A DNA stretch of 64,000 nt from Amoebidium appalachense (Eukaryota; Protista; Ichthyosporea). Below the pieces are notes generated by a model. The model had not been told where the DNA came from. It worked only from the letters and a program-made list of their open reading frames with translations, and ran no database searches. Location: contig CAVNZM010000007.1 in NCBI GenBank assembly GCA_963693365.1, positions 8,615,962-8,679,961 on the forward strand. Direction: 5' to 3'. Position numbers and translations under genes: made by a program. Shown piece after piece: positions 63,993 to 64,000 of the stretch (its first letter is position 1; every line of letters starts with the position of its first letter).

Positions 63993-64000
63993 ATATGTTT

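Overview
Intron-rich eukaryotic genomic DNA, probably from a unicellular opisthokont (inferred from gene content only). Introns are full of (G)n/(C)n homopolymers and (GT)n/(CA)n/(GA)n microsatellites, so most of the ORF track is noise. Manual splicing (GT-AG, exon phases checked) gives eight genes: RPS16 (-), a SOSS-B/NABP ssDNA-binding protein (-), a 13-exon monoglyceride-lipase-like protein whose nucleophile motif reads GHAMG (-), an aldo-keto reductase (+), a class I SAM methyltransferase (-), a single-ORF C2H2 zinc-finger gene (+), HAUS2/augmin-2 (-), and the 3' part of a chimeric DUF4955-like beta-helix + TSP1 + ricin-like gene (-). One lipase intron holds a tandem tRNA-Ala(AGC) array with four intact copies, two degenerate anticodon-switched copies and two half copies. 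Mobile DNA includes several MITEs (8-bp TSD hAT type, TTAA type, TTA type, a 490-bp palindrome), LINE RT remnants and a probable LTR. The most striking element is a family of about 13 retroposon-like copies truncated at one end. They abut poly-G/poly-C tracts, share a 3' stem-loop, and are co-oriented with their host genes.
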